Source of the DNA: a virus
Taxonomy: Duplodnaviria > Caudoviricetes
Virus record (IMG/VR): IMGVR_UViG_3300008263_000034
Location: 1 to 58,991 of that record
DNA: 58,991 nt
Reading direction: 5' to 3' (one strand)
Shown: positions 7,732 to 16,647 of the stretch, piece after piece
Layout: the number at the start of each line of letters is the position of its first letter
Position numbering within the stretch: the first letter of the stretch is position 1
The notes under the pieces: model-generated
Databases searched by the model: none
What the model was told of the DNA's origin: nothing
The model's input: the letters and a program-made list of their open reading frames with translations, nothing else
Translations under genes and position numbers: made by a program

Positions 7732-7965
7732 ATGAGCGACAAGGAATCATACTACGCGAGGTTTGCGGATGAGCGGAAAGCATATCAAAAGGCATACTAT
7801 GAGAAAAACAAAGAGGCCATTAAACGTAAAAAGGAACTTGACGCGACCCTGAAACCAGAAAAAGCAAGGAAAATGCAGGCATATCAGCATAATTACTACT
7901 TGACAAATCGTCAGAAGCTACTGGAACGCAAGAGGTTACGCTACTCAGAAGGAAAAAGTGCGTGA
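7732..7965 (+). CDS. Small basic protein with YY..N(K/R) repeats, possibly DNA-binding
   Basis: YQKAYYEKNKE and YQHNYYLTNRQ repeats; likely ATG start at 7732. Confidence 0.6.
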   Translation: MSDKESYYARFADERKAYQKAYYEKNKEAIKRKKELDATLKPEKARKMQAYQHNYYLTNRQKLLERKRLRYSEGKSA

Positions 7966-8043
7966 CAGGCTACCTGAAACCGCAAAATGGTGCAGGATTT
8001 AAGGTAAAATTGCTTCATATGGCGTGGCGACAGAGAAACAAAC

Positions 8044-8134
8044 GCAAGGATGGCGTAATCGGGAATGAATACCGACTAGGGTAACGCCCTCGGACAGTAC
8101 CGAGGAGATGTGGGTTCAAATCCCACTCCTTGCA
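8044..8134 (+). ncRNA. tRNA-like RNA with a non-canonical D arm and anticodon loop
   Basis: Acceptor GCAAGGA/TCCTTGC+A; T arm GTGGG-TTCAAAT-CCCAC; D stem GCGT/ACGC; anticodon stem CTCGG/CCGAG with 6-nt loop ACAGTA; no encoded CCA. Confidence 0.75.
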
Positions 8135-8266
8135 ATCTTGAAGTCGCAAGTTGCGACCTCTGTGGCACGGATGGGACACACGGTCGTCGCCACTAAAATG
8201 TAAGTCAGAAATAATTTGAGGGTGTTTTTGGGTATAAAATTAACATTATTGATCTGGCTATAAGCT

Positions 8267-8371
8267 CAAAGAGTTTTATCAGACCCTATAATTCAATAAA
8301 TTCAGTAATTCAATGGGTATATGAATTATTGAGATAATATGAATTACTAAAGAGAGAAAAGTTTATATAGT
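8267..8371. repeat. AT-rich iteron-like element, copy A
   Basis: CAAAGAGTTT-N12-TAATTCA...AATTCAGTAA...ATATGAATTA(T/C)TGAGATAATATGAATTACTAAAG...TATATAGT; matches 37198..37303. Confidence 0.85.
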
Positions 8372-8451
8372 ATGATATGCAATAATTCAATAGTGTTAAT
8401 TTTTAGGAAATTATTTGACGAAGTTGGACGGAGGTGATATTGATGTCGCCG

Positions 8452-9054
8452 ATGACCGACAACCGAGAGATGCCGCCGAACGCCGACACCGCGAAACCGC
8501 TGCGACGTGGCGATGTGCGCGAGGATGGTTTTGTGTTCGTCCGCTACCACCCGAACTATAAAAACGGCGAGTATTGGATTTCGCCTAACCGCTACGCCCA
8601 AGCCAAACCTGTATCCTCTACGCGGAACCGGAACAGGAATCAGGATACAAAAGCCATGAGCTTGACACACCTACCTCACTTCCGGATACGGACATACAAA
8701 CCGAGGCACAATTCACGGAAACGAAAATTAACTCAGAAAGAATTTGACAACCTTCCATTCGGACCCAACACTACACCTGCTATGACCACTATCGAAAATA
8801 CGACTACTATCGAAAACATGACCATCCTGCCCAACTACTCGAAGTATGGCATCACGCCTGACGGATTCGTCTACCGCGTGCTTCCTGCTAGCAGAGGCCG
8901 CACCGCCGGACAGCGCCACCGTGTGACACCTGTCATCCATCCGAGGGGGCATCAGTGGTGCGTGCAGATCACCAACGACGAAGGTGTTCGTAAGCGGGTG
9001 CCGATTAGTAAACTGATGCAAGAGGTGTATGGTAACTCTGAAACAATTTCTTGA
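8452..9054 (+). CDS. Putative DNA-binding protein with a NUMOD4-like C-terminal domain and no HNH nuclease motif
   Basis: LPNYSKYGITPDGFVYRV...V.I....G..KRV.I.KLM.EVY resembles NUMOD4; N-terminal RRGDVREDG motif; start uncertain. Confidence 0.5.
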   Translation: MTDNREMPPNADTAKPLRRGDVREDGFVFVRYHPNYKNGEYWISPNRYAQAKPVSSTRNRNRNQDTKAMSLTHLPHFRIRTYKPRHNSRKRKLTQKEFDNLPFGPNTTPAMTTIENTTTIENMTILPNYSKYGITPDGFVYRVLPASRGRTAGQRHRVTPVIHPRGHQWCVQITNDEGVRKRVPISKLMQEVYGNSETIS

Positions 9055-9086
9055 CTTGACGAATAAGCCCTTTACGATAACCACCT

Positions 9087-11333
9087 GTGACGCAAAATCC
9101 ACCCACGATTCCCTCCGGCCTGAACGAGTTCGATTTACTCAATCTCGATCCTCAGACCCTTGCTCCGCCAGAATCTCGCCTCCGTGACGTTAATGCGGCA
9201 CGATCAATTTATGACACTCTGCGTAAGGCTGACGAGAAATCGGCGAGCAACCGAGCACGCTTGGACGCAATGTTCGACGGAGCGTCTCCATACGATCAGA
9301 AGGTTTTGTTCTCCACCGGACAAGGCAACCGCACCAACTTGAACTTCGGTGAGGCGCAACGACTGCTTGACGTTTCGATGTCCGCCTACGTTGACCTCTA
9401 CACTAGCTTGCAGAAGCTCGTGCGCGTATCCGTTACCGTAGGTGAGCCTGCGGAACGACAAGACGCGGAGGACATCATTGCCGAAGAGTTGACAGAGATG
9501 ATGCGGGAGTGGCCCGAGTTTCATTCCAACTACCTGCGCCTCTGCACCGAGTTCACGAAGCACGGCGTTGGCGTATCCTACTTTGAAGACCCGCACAACT
9601 GGAAGTTTCGGGTCTGTGGTTTTGGGGACTTTCTTATTCCTCGTCAGACTCCGGCATCCGAAGAGTCTATCGAAGTAGGTTGTGCTCGCCGCCAATATCT
9701 TTTACACGAGCTCTACGGCTTCATCAAAAACGAAGAAGCCGCCGCGAAGATCGGCTGGGACGTCGATGAAGTGAAGCGCGTAATCTCGAAGAACGCACGC
9801 ACTAGCGGTCGCAACGGTAGCAACACCTACGCTGACTGGGAAGTTACCCAGCGCGAGATGAAGAACAACGACCTCTATACCGGTCTTGAGAACACCACCG
9901 TGTCTGTTGTGCACATGTGGGTTCGTGAGTTTGACGGCAGCGTATCGTTGCTGATGTTCGCTGAGGAATCGCCGAAAGAGTTTCTGTTCCGTAAGAACTC
10001 GATGTTCAAGAAACCTGAACATGCCTACGTGATGTTCGCTTACGGTGTTGGAACCAACGGCACCTACCACTCGGTACGCGGACTCGGCAACAGAATATTC
10101 AACCACATCCAGACAAGCAACCGCATCCGCTGTCAGATGATTGACTCCGCGATGATGGGCGGTGCAGTGATGATCCAACCAGAGACGCAACGTGCACTCG
10201 AAGACCTGTCGTTTACGATGTATGGTCCCTACTCAATCCTGTCGCCCAACGTCAAGATCATTGAGAAAGCCGCACCGAATCTAACCAACACGATGCAGCC
10301 AGCTCTCACTGACTTGCAGAATCAGTTGGCTATGAACGTTGACCTTGTTTCGACATACGGCAATCAAAGTAGCCCCTATCGTAACAATCTACAAACCGAA
10401 CACGACCTTGCTGTATCGAGCCGTCTTACTGGTTCGACCATTAACCTTTTCTATTCGAGCTGGTCACGCTTACTCCGCGAAATCGTTCGCCGTGCTACTA
10501 CCAATTCTAAACGGGACGAATACGTTACGTCATTCTACAAACGTTGTGCTGAGCGTGGCGTTGATGCCAAAGTCATTGCTTCAATCAATCATGAGAAGAC
10601 TGTCGCTGTCCGTGCAATCGGTGCTGGCTCTGCCGCTAACCGCTTACTCGCACTCCGTGAGCTCAACAGCATTGCTGGTAGCTACGATGAAGTAGGCCGT
10701 CGCAACCTAATCCGCGATATTACTTCGGAGCGAGTAGGTCGTGATCTAGTAGATCGCTACGCGCCAGCAAATCCAGAACCGCGTATGACTGTTGATGCGA
10801 AGATCGCTCTGTTAGAGAATCAGGCTATGCAGTCTGGTCTACCTGTTGCCGTCCTTGACAGCGAGCTACACGGCATGCACCTACGCATGCACGCCCCGCT
10901 CTTGCAACAGTTGGTCAGCGGCATCCAAACTGGTGAAATTGATCCAGTGCAGGCTCTGCCTATGGTGCAGACGATCTATCAACATTGCGCCGAACACACT
11001 AACTACCTTGCTGCCGACCCGTCCGCTAAAGCGGAGGTAGCGCAGATGAAACAGCTGCTACAGGTCGGCGAAGAAATCATCACCAACTTTACCCGTAAGA
11101 TTCAGGCTGACCAACGCAAAGCGATGGAAGCTGGTCAAGTAGAAGGACAAGAAGGCCAACAAGCAGGTCCAACACCTACCGAACTGAAGATGCAGGAACA
11201 TCAAATGAAGATGCAGATCGCACAGCAGAAGGCGCAGATCGAAATGCAGATCAAGCAAGCCAAAGCCGATCAAGACCTTGCGCTGAAAGATGCCGAACGC
11301 GCATTGAAACTTTCTGGTAACACAGCTCAATAA
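9087..11333 (+). CDS. Portal (head-tail connector) protein
   Basis: 748 aa, first gene of the structural block, followed by scaffold and capsid; Gln-rich coiled-coil C-terminus like P22/podovirus portal barrels. Confidence 0.75.
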   Translation: MTQNPPTIPSGLNEFDLLNLDPQTLAPPESRLRDVNAARSIYDTLRKADEKSASNRARLDAMFDGASPYDQKVLFSTGQGNRTNLNFGEAQRLLDVSMSAYVDLYTSLQKLVRVSVTVGEPAERQDAEDIIAEELTEMMREWPEFHSNYLRLCTEFTKHGVGVSYFEDPHNWKFRVCGFGDFLIPRQTPASEESIEVGCARRQYLLHELYGFIKNEEAAAKIGWDVDEVKRVISKNARTSGRNGSNTYADWEVTQREMKNNDLYTGLENTTVSVVHMWVREFDGSVSLLMFAEESPKEFLFRKNSMFKKPEHAYVMFAYGVGTNGTYHSVRGLGNRIFNHIQTSNRIRCQMIDSAMMGGAVMIQPETQRALEDLSFTMYGPYSILSPNVKIIEKAAPNLTNTMQPALTDLQNQLAMNVDLVSTYGNQSSPYRNNLQTEHDLAVSSRLTGSTINLFYSSWSRLLREIVRRATTNSKRDEYVTSFYKRCAERGVDAKVIASINHEKTVAVRAIGAGSAANRLLALRELNSIAGSYDEVGRRNLIRDITSERVGRDLVDRYAPANPEPRMTVDAKIALLENQAMQSGLPVAVLDSELHGMHLRMHAPLLQQLVSGIQTGEIDPVQALPMVQTIYQHCAEHTNYLAADPSAKAEVAQMKQLLQVGEEIITNFTRKIQADQRKAMEAGQVEGQEGQQAGPTPTELKMQEHQMKMQIAQQKAQIEMQIKQAKADQDLALKDAERALKLSGNTAQ

Positions 11334-11338
11334 ATAAT

Positions 11339-11367
11339 TTGACAAATCACGAAGACCGTGGTTTTCT
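11339..11367 (+). promoter_or_regulatory. Sigma70-like promoter for a leaderless transcript
   Basis: TTGACA-17-TTTTCT; ATG at 11373. Confidence 0.45.
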
Positions 11368-11372
11368 TCCGC

Positions 11373-11663
11373 ATGCTTTCATCCAAACCGATTATTCCAC
11401 AAACTATCGAACGATGGTTTAGTGAGCCGACTCAAGCATCCATACTACGGGAACTCCTAGAGAATCCCTTCTTTGAAGCAGCGGTAGCGACTCTATTATC
11501 CGCTGCACGGCCTACATTCTTGGCACTTACCGATACAGAACGTAACGCCCAGCGACAAGCATGGTTGGCCGGATATCACGACTTCGCAAACGATCTCCTG
11601 AAGTTGACTAAGGCCCCACTAACTAAGGGCAAGAATCTTGAAGAATGGAGTCACTACGATTAA
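11373..11663 (+). CDS. Small head-module protein between portal and scaffold
   Basis: Position in the head module; ATG at 11373. Confidence 0.65.
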   Translation: MLSSKPIIPQTIERWFSEPTQASILRELLENPFFEAAVATLLSAARPTFLALTDTERNAQRQAWLAGYHDFANDLLKLTKAPLTKGKNLEEWSHYD

Positions 11664-11666
11664 CAT

Positions 11667-12788
11667 ATGAGCACACCAGCACCAGAAACCGCAGTTGCGG
11701 AAACCAGTCCAGCCCCAGATAATGGCGGCTTCGTCGAGTCCCTTGATTCGTTTTTCGCGTCAATGGATAACCCAGTAGAACCCACACCGCAGCCTGCACA
11801 GGCATCGGTAGAGGATTCACCCCAAGAGCCGACGTCCGCGTCCTCCGAGTCTGACCCTCTCTCTGATCTTGACTCCATCGAGGAGCCCAAGAACTGGACA
11901 CCAGAAGCTGCCAGACGTTTCAAGGAACTGAAGTCCGAGTTGAAAACCTACCGCAGTCGTGCGGAAGAACTGGAACAGACCGTTTCCCAAAAGGAGCACC
12001 GTTTGCAGGAACTTCAAGCCCTCGCCAACAATCCTGAGTATCAGCAGTTGCAGGAACGCATAGCTGATTACGAGAGCCAGATGCTTGTGAACAAGCTGGA
12101 GGACAGTCACGCTTACAAAACCCTCGTTGAGCAACCACTTTTAAATCTTGTGGAGGAGGCTGATAGCATCTCACAGAAGTATTCGTTGAACTCCGACGCG
12201 TTGATTGACGCCATCTCCGAGTCTGATGAAGCCGCACAAGAAGAGCTGCTAACCGAACTGCTTGCTAATGTCAGCGATCGTGACAAGTTCCGAGTCTACA
12301 AAATCATCGAAGAAGTCCATCCTCTTCTCGCGCAGCGTGACGTTCTCCGACAGAACGCTCAAGCAGCCCTGCGTGAAGCTGAGGAGCTCGACAACCAACG
12401 TCAGCAACAAAACCTTACCTATCGCGTACAACAGCGTCAGGAGGCGGCTAGTGTGGTTGCTGATAAGCTAAAGAGTAAACTTACCTTTCTCTCCAACGTA
12501 GACGGCGTGGATATGTCCGCTATTGCGAGAGAGGCAGCGGAACTCGAACCCTCTACCCTCGACCCTGTAACCGGAACATATCAAGCTATGGCTGCAAAGC
12601 TACTGCCGAAGATGGCTGTTCAATACATGAGTTTACAGAAAGAGATTGATACGCTGACTGAACGGCTTGCTGAATATGACCGCGCTGCCCCAAAAGCAGG
12701 AGGCGGTTCCCTCAATACTTCAGGCACGCCAACAACGGCTGACGGCAAGTCCTTCCTTGATGCGGTCACTGCTGCATTTGGCAGGTAA
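11667..12788 (+). CDS. Capsid scaffolding protein
   Basis: Acidic Pro-rich N-terminus and long coiled coil, immediately upstream of the capsid gene. Confidence 0.7.
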   Translation: MSTPAPETAVAETSPAPDNGGFVESLDSFFASMDNPVEPTPQPAQASVEDSPQEPTSASSESDPLSDLDSIEEPKNWTPEAARRFKELKSELKTYRSRAEELEQTVSQKEHRLQELQALANNPEYQQLQERIADYESQMLVNKLEDSHAYKTLVEQPLLNLVEEADSISQKYSLNSDALIDAISESDEAAQEELLTELLANVSDRDKFRVYKIIEEVHPLLAQRDVLRQNAQAALREAEELDNQRQQQNLTYRVQQRQEAASVVADKLKSKLTFLSNVDGVDMSAIAREAAELEPSTLDPVTGTYQAMAAKLLPKMAVQYMSLQKEIDTLTERLAEYDRAAPKAGGGSLNTSGTPTTADGKSFLDAVTAAFGR

Positions 12789-12818
12789 TTAAAAATTACA
12801 GCTTCGTGCAAATTTGTA

Positions 12819-13034
12819 TTGACGACTAATGCAAATTGTACGAAGCTCTCCGCATCCCAAAAAGTTGCGACATCGAAGGTCCGCTCCGTACCAGCCAAAA
12901 GCAAACACGGTTCTAGTAGGTGAGACGGCTCGAAAGGTAACTCGAAGCTAAGGCCCATGCGCCCGTCGTTCGCTTCAACGACAACTGTGTATTCTTTTTT
13001 TTAACAACTTTTTAACTTCTAACTACCTACTACT
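12819..13034 (+). promoter_or_regulatory. Putative promoter and long structured 5' leader of the capsid gene
   Basis: TTGACG at 12819; several stems, a GTAA tetraloop hairpin, and a GTCGTT/AACGAC hairpin followed by a T8 run. Confidence 0.45.
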
Positions 13035-14333
13035 ATGGCTGTAAATGCTGGACAAACCTTCTCGAATCCTACCGATTCGAACACCGCAATCGACACGATC
13101 CTCACTCAAGAGGCTAATCGTATCGGTCAGGACATTCATCGTCGCACGCTTCACGTGTCGCCTTGGATGGACCTCATCAAACAAACTTCCTTTCCTGACG
13201 GAATGGGGTATACCCTCGGAACTCTGATCTACGATCGTGCCCTCCCGACCACCACCGCTAACGGTTCGACTCTCGGCAATAGCTGGATCGACGTCGGCGG
13301 GTCTGAGGCCGCATCACTTGCAACCGCAAGCACGCTCGATCAGATTCTTATCGGCGCTAAAGACACCAACATCGGTGCCGGTAGCAACAATGCAAACGGC
13401 AAATCGTTCATCTCGTTCGGTCGCCAGCTCAAACAGTACTCGCTGAAGCGTGCCACCGTTGAGTCGCCTAAGATCAACGTCGAAGACCTTCGCTTCGCTG
13501 CTTACCGCACCGAGCAACTTCGCGCTGTCATGGACGCTCTCACCGATGCTACCCGCTACTCGTGGGAAGAGCGTTATCGTGACGAGTATGACCGTATCTG
13601 CGGTAACTACGTTATCTGCGAAGCTAGCGGAACGACCATCGTTTCGACTGGCAAAGAAGGCAACCAATCCGCTGACATCGACTTCGGTGCTGCGGCTGCT
13701 ACCCCTTCCGCCAACGTCTCGAACAAGATCCTCGACTCGATCTACTTCCGCTTGGTACGTGCCGGAGCTGGTACGAACGCCTACGGTCGTGAGAACGCTC
13801 GTCCGGTCTTCGCACTCGTTTGCTCGTCCGAAGCGTCCTACGCACTTCAAACCGAAGCTGGTTTCCGCGACGACGTTCGCTACAACAACGCTAAGGTTTC
13901 CGAACTCATCGCGCCGCTCGGTGTTGAGAAGTCCTTCCGTGGTTTCTACCACTTGATCGACGACCTCGCCCCTCGCTTCACCGATGACGGAGATGGTAAC
14001 CTCACCCGCGTTCAGCCGTATTCCGCATCCAGCGGTATCATCACCCCGAACGCGTCCTACGAAACCGCTCCGATCGAGGCTGCTTACATCCTTCACCAAG
14101 ACGTGATGGAGTCGCAGATCCCTGAGCCAATCTCTGGCGCGAGCGGTCTTACCTTCGATCCCGTTAACTATCGTGGTAAGTTCAACTGGAAGAACATTCC
14201 TTCCGTTGACCTCAACCCTGATGGCACTATCGGTTTCTTCCGTGGTGTTCTCGCTAGTGCAACGAAGCCCATCAAAACCGAGTTTGGTTTTGTGGTTCTC
14301 TTCCAACGCACCAGCACCACCCCTGCTGCCTAA
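13035..14333 (+). CDS. Major capsid protein
   Basis: 432 aa after the scaffold gene; strong C/T third-position codon bias suggesting high expression; followed by a hairpin. Confidence 0.8.
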   Translation: MAVNAGQTFSNPTDSNTAIDTILTQEANRIGQDIHRRTLHVSPWMDLIKQTSFPDGMGYTLGTLIYDRALPTTTANGSTLGNSWIDVGGSEAASLATASTLDQILIGAKDTNIGAGSNNANGKSFISFGRQLKQYSLKRATVESPKINVEDLRFAAYRTEQLRAVMDALTDATRYSWEERYRDEYDRICGNYVICEASGTTIVSTGKEGNQSADIDFGAAAATPSANVSNKILDSIYFRLVRAGAGTNAYGRENARPVFALVCSSEASYALQTEAGFRDDVRYNNAKVSELIAPLGVEKSFRGFYHLIDDLAPRFTDDGDGNLTRVQPYSASSGIITPNASYETAPIEAAYILHQDVMESQIPEPISGASGLTFDPVNYRGKFNWKNIPSVDLNPDGTIGFFRGVLASATKPIKTEFGFVVLFQRTSTTPAA

Positions 14334-14340
14334 ACTAACC

Positions 14341-14375
14341 TGCTAAGGGGTTCCTATAACGGGAGCCCCTTAGCA
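14341..14375 (+). terminator. Stem-loop after the capsid gene (weak terminator or mRNA stabiliser)
   Basis: TGCTAAGGGGTTCC...GGAGCCCCTTAGCA with an imperfect U-tract. Confidence 0.6.
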
Positions 14376-14390
14376 CTTCCCTTTAATACT

Positions 14391-14810
14391 ATGCCTACTC
14401 TTGACGATCTCCCAACTCTTGCTAACGCTACACCTACTGGTGATGACTTGATCCCACTCTACGATCTTACGGCCGACGGCTCGTCAAAGGTTCGTAAGGT
14501 TTCGCTGAACCAGATCAATGGTCTTAGTTCATCTGATGTTGCTACCTCTGTTGCTGGAACGATCACAGTGTCCTCACGGCTCACTTTGATTACTTCCGGT
14601 ACCACCAGCACCGTTAACCTCCCGCTCCCTTCGGGCGCACTTCGTGATATCATTATCATGAACGGTGGTTCCGGTTCGGCTACCGCTACATCTGCTACAG
14701 CTAATATCAAAACATCTGCTGCGACGACCGCTGCGACTACTGCGGCGATCTTGACCGCAACTACCGCTCGTCTCTTGAGCGATGGTACGTTCTGGTACCG
14801 CACCCACTAA
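14391..14810 (+). CDS. Putative capsid decoration or head-fibre protein
   Basis: Thr/Ser/Ala-rich, directly after the capsid gene, ends in SDGTFW. Confidence 0.55.
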   Translation: MPTLDDLPTLANATPTGDDLIPLYDLTADGSSKVRKVSLNQINGLSSSDVATSVAGTITVSSRLTLITSGTTSTVNLPLPSGALRDIIIMNGGSGSATATSATANIKTSAATTAATTAAILTATTARLLSDGTFWYRTH

Positions 14811-14819
14811 ACCCAACCT

Positions 14820-14850
14820 GCACCCTGTAGCCTAAAAAACTATAGGGTGC
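14820..14850 (+). terminator. Stem-loop / terminator
   Basis: GCACCCTGTAG-N9-CTATAGGGTGC. Confidence 0.55.
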
Positions 14851-14889
14851 TACCCTTTCCTTTAGATATAGTAATTCGAAAACAACGCT

Positions 14890-15141
14890 ATGCCCGCATA
14901 CATCCCAATCCCCAAAGGTCTTCAGGTTCCTGACCAACCTGAGTTTGAAATGCCTGTAACCTTCGAGGTTCGAGACAATATGCTCTACGCCCTTACCGTT
15001 GGCGGCATGCCCATCCCTGAAGAAGGCGAAGAGCCCGAAGAGGAAATGGAGATGGAGATGGAACAAGAAGGCGGTGAAAATACAGACATGGATTTTATGT
15101 CCGCTGTCGAATCGGCTATGAAGAAACCTCAACCTAAATAA
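14890..15141 (+). CDS. Small acidic protein, paralog of 16059..16337
   Basis: IPIP.GL..P, L.AL..G, Glu tract and F..A.E.AMK.P motifs shared. Confidence 0.65.
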   Translation: MPAYIPIPKGLQVPDQPEFEMPVTFEVRDNMLYALTVGGMPIPEEGEEPEEEMEMEMEQEGGENTDMDFMSAVESAMKKPQPK

Positions 15142-15145
15142 CACT

Positions 15146-15298
15146 ATGAAAACTACCCTACTCGGTGTCCTGACTATTGTCGCCACCCTCGCTAACGTCG
15201 GTATGCAAATCCTTCAAGGACAGTCTCCAGACCTAATGGCTGCATTTGCGGCAGTAACGGCTGGTGTTGGCCTCATCAAAGCTCACGACAGCAAATAA
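15146..15298 (+). CDS. Putative holin (50 aa, 2 TM), not in the ORF track
   Basis: MKTTLLGVLTIVATLANVGMQILQGQSPDLMAAFAAVTAGVGLIKAHDSK, upstream of the amidase. Confidence 0.65.
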   Translation: MKTTLLGVLTIVATLANVGMQILQGQSPDLMAAFAAVTAGVGLIKAHDSK

Positions 15299-15468
15299 TG
15301 AACATATTCGGTAGGCTACTGGACAGCCCTATGTGCTCAATCGCTCCGTGGCTTGGTGTCATCACCAGTCTACAGGAGCAAATTGAGTATAGCATTAGGG
15401 TTAGTTCCATCACTGTCGGACTAATTATTGGTCTTACCCACCTCTGGCGATTACTTTATAAAGAGTAG
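15298..15468 (+). CDS. Small membrane protein, second holin or antiholin candidate, not in the ORF track
   Basis: TAATG coupling; 56 aa with C-terminal hydrophobic ITVGLIIGLTHLW. Confidence 0.55.
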   Translation: MNIFGRLLDSPMCSIAPWLGVITSLQEQIEYSIRVSSITVGLIIGLTHLWRLLYKE

Positions 15469-15507
15469 GTCAACTACAGCTTGACCTACAGCACGTAACC
15501 TAAACAT

Positions 15508-16062
15508 ATGAGTGTCATCGGAATCTGTATCGGTCATAGCAGAAGCGGCGATAAGGGCGCTGTTAACACAGACGGTGTCAGCGAACACACTTTTAACCGT
15601 GAGGTTGGTTACCTTACCGCCGAGCTCTTGAGAGAGAAAGGGCACACAGTACACGTTATCGACGAGTATGACGGCAGCTCCTACTCCGGTGCTGTCCATT
15701 GGGTGTCCGACCACTTGACAAAACTTGGCGCTACCGTAGCCGTGGAGTTACATTTCAACTCTGCTGGTCCGCATGCGGAAGGTCACGAGTGGATACATTG
15801 GCATCGAAGTGATAAGGGGCAGATGCTGGCGAGTTGCTTTAATCAGATATTTAAAGAGGCCTTTCCTGAAGCTAAAATACGCGGCATAAAGCCCGCTTAC
15901 AAGAACGATCGCGGCAGTTTGTTTCTCCGTGTCACACGCTGTCCGGCTATAATCCTCGAACCCTTCTTTGGTTCTAGCGAAAAAGAGACTAAGCTATATA
16001 CTCAAAACAAACCCGCCCTCGCGTCAGCTTACGCTAGGGCCTTAACTAATTACTTGACATGA
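15508..16062 (+). CDS. Endolysin, N-acetylmuramoyl-L-alanine amidase (Amidase_3)
   Basis: IGH...D.GA...E, ELHFNS and PAIILEPFF Zn-amidase motifs. Confidence 0.9.
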   Translation: MSVIGICIGHSRSGDKGAVNTDGVSEHTFNREVGYLTAELLREKGHTVHVIDEYDGSSYSGAVHWVSDHLTKLGATVAVELHFNSAGPHAEGHEWIHWHRSDKGQMLASCFNQIFKEAFPEAKIRGIKPAYKNDRGSLFLRVTRCPAIILEPFFGSSEKETKLYTQNKPALASAYARALTNYLT

Positions 16063-16337
16063 AATCAATGATACCTATACCAACTGGACTTTCACTACCG
16101 AGCGACGCCGAAACTAAACCCTTTAACCTTACCGGACTTTTTATCCAGCACGGTGATAAACTCATGGCATTGGAGCTAGGTAACAAGACCATATCCTACG
16201 AGGGCGGAGAAGAAAAAGAGGAAGAAGAGGATGATGACTACGACGAAAAACCCTGTGGTTGCCCGAAACGAGACGGTGGCGGTGGCGGCTTCCTTGTCGC
16301 TATTGAGAGGGCTATGAAAGCCCCAAAACGTAGTTGA
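16059..16337 (+). CDS. Small acidic protein, paralog of 14890..15141
   Basis: ATGA overlap with the amidase gene; shared motifs. Confidence 0.6.
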   Translation: MKSMIPIPTGLSLPSDAETKPFNLTGLFIQHGDKLMALELGNKTISYEGGEEKEEEEDDDYDEKPCGCPKRDGGGGGFLVAIERAMKAPKRS

Positions 16338-16362
16338 CCCTGAGCCATTAACCATGTAACCT
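16334..16362 (+). promoter_or_regulatory. Sigma70-like promoter for a leaderless transcript
   Basis: TTGACC-17-TAACCT; ATG at 16369 lies 6 nt past the -10. Confidence 0.6.
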
Positions 16363-16368
16363 GCGCAC

Positions 16369-16647
16369 ATGAAAAACGATACCGACAAACAATCCTTCGG
16401 CGAAGCTGGAGCCCAATTAGTAGCAGCCAATACCGCGATTCCCGCTGGTCAATATTGCGCCCTCGGCTTTATAGGAGGCGGCGGAGCTATTACTACGTCT
16501 TTCTCTTCAATCGAAGCGCCACTACTCAGCGGAACCCAGACAAGCATCACCTTCCCTGACGGCTACACGTTATACACTCCCCTTGTTATTGAAAGCGGTT
16601 CCTCAGCCCGTATCGCCTGCCCAATCATTCTCTACAAAGCAATCTAA
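16369..16647 (+). CDS. Small virion structural protein (putative)
   Basis: 92-aa beta-rich protein in the tail block. Confidence 0.6.
   Translation: MKNDTDKQSFGEAGAQLVAANTAIPAGQYCALGFIGGGGAITTSFSSIEAPLLSGTQTSITFPDGYTLYTPLVIESGSSARIACPIILYKAI

Noticed and set aside
13314-14306. 330-aa antisense ORF over the capsid gene, and similar shadow ORFs over portal, fibre and giant genes
   Set aside because: Explained by codon bias of the sense gene; no motifs or leaders
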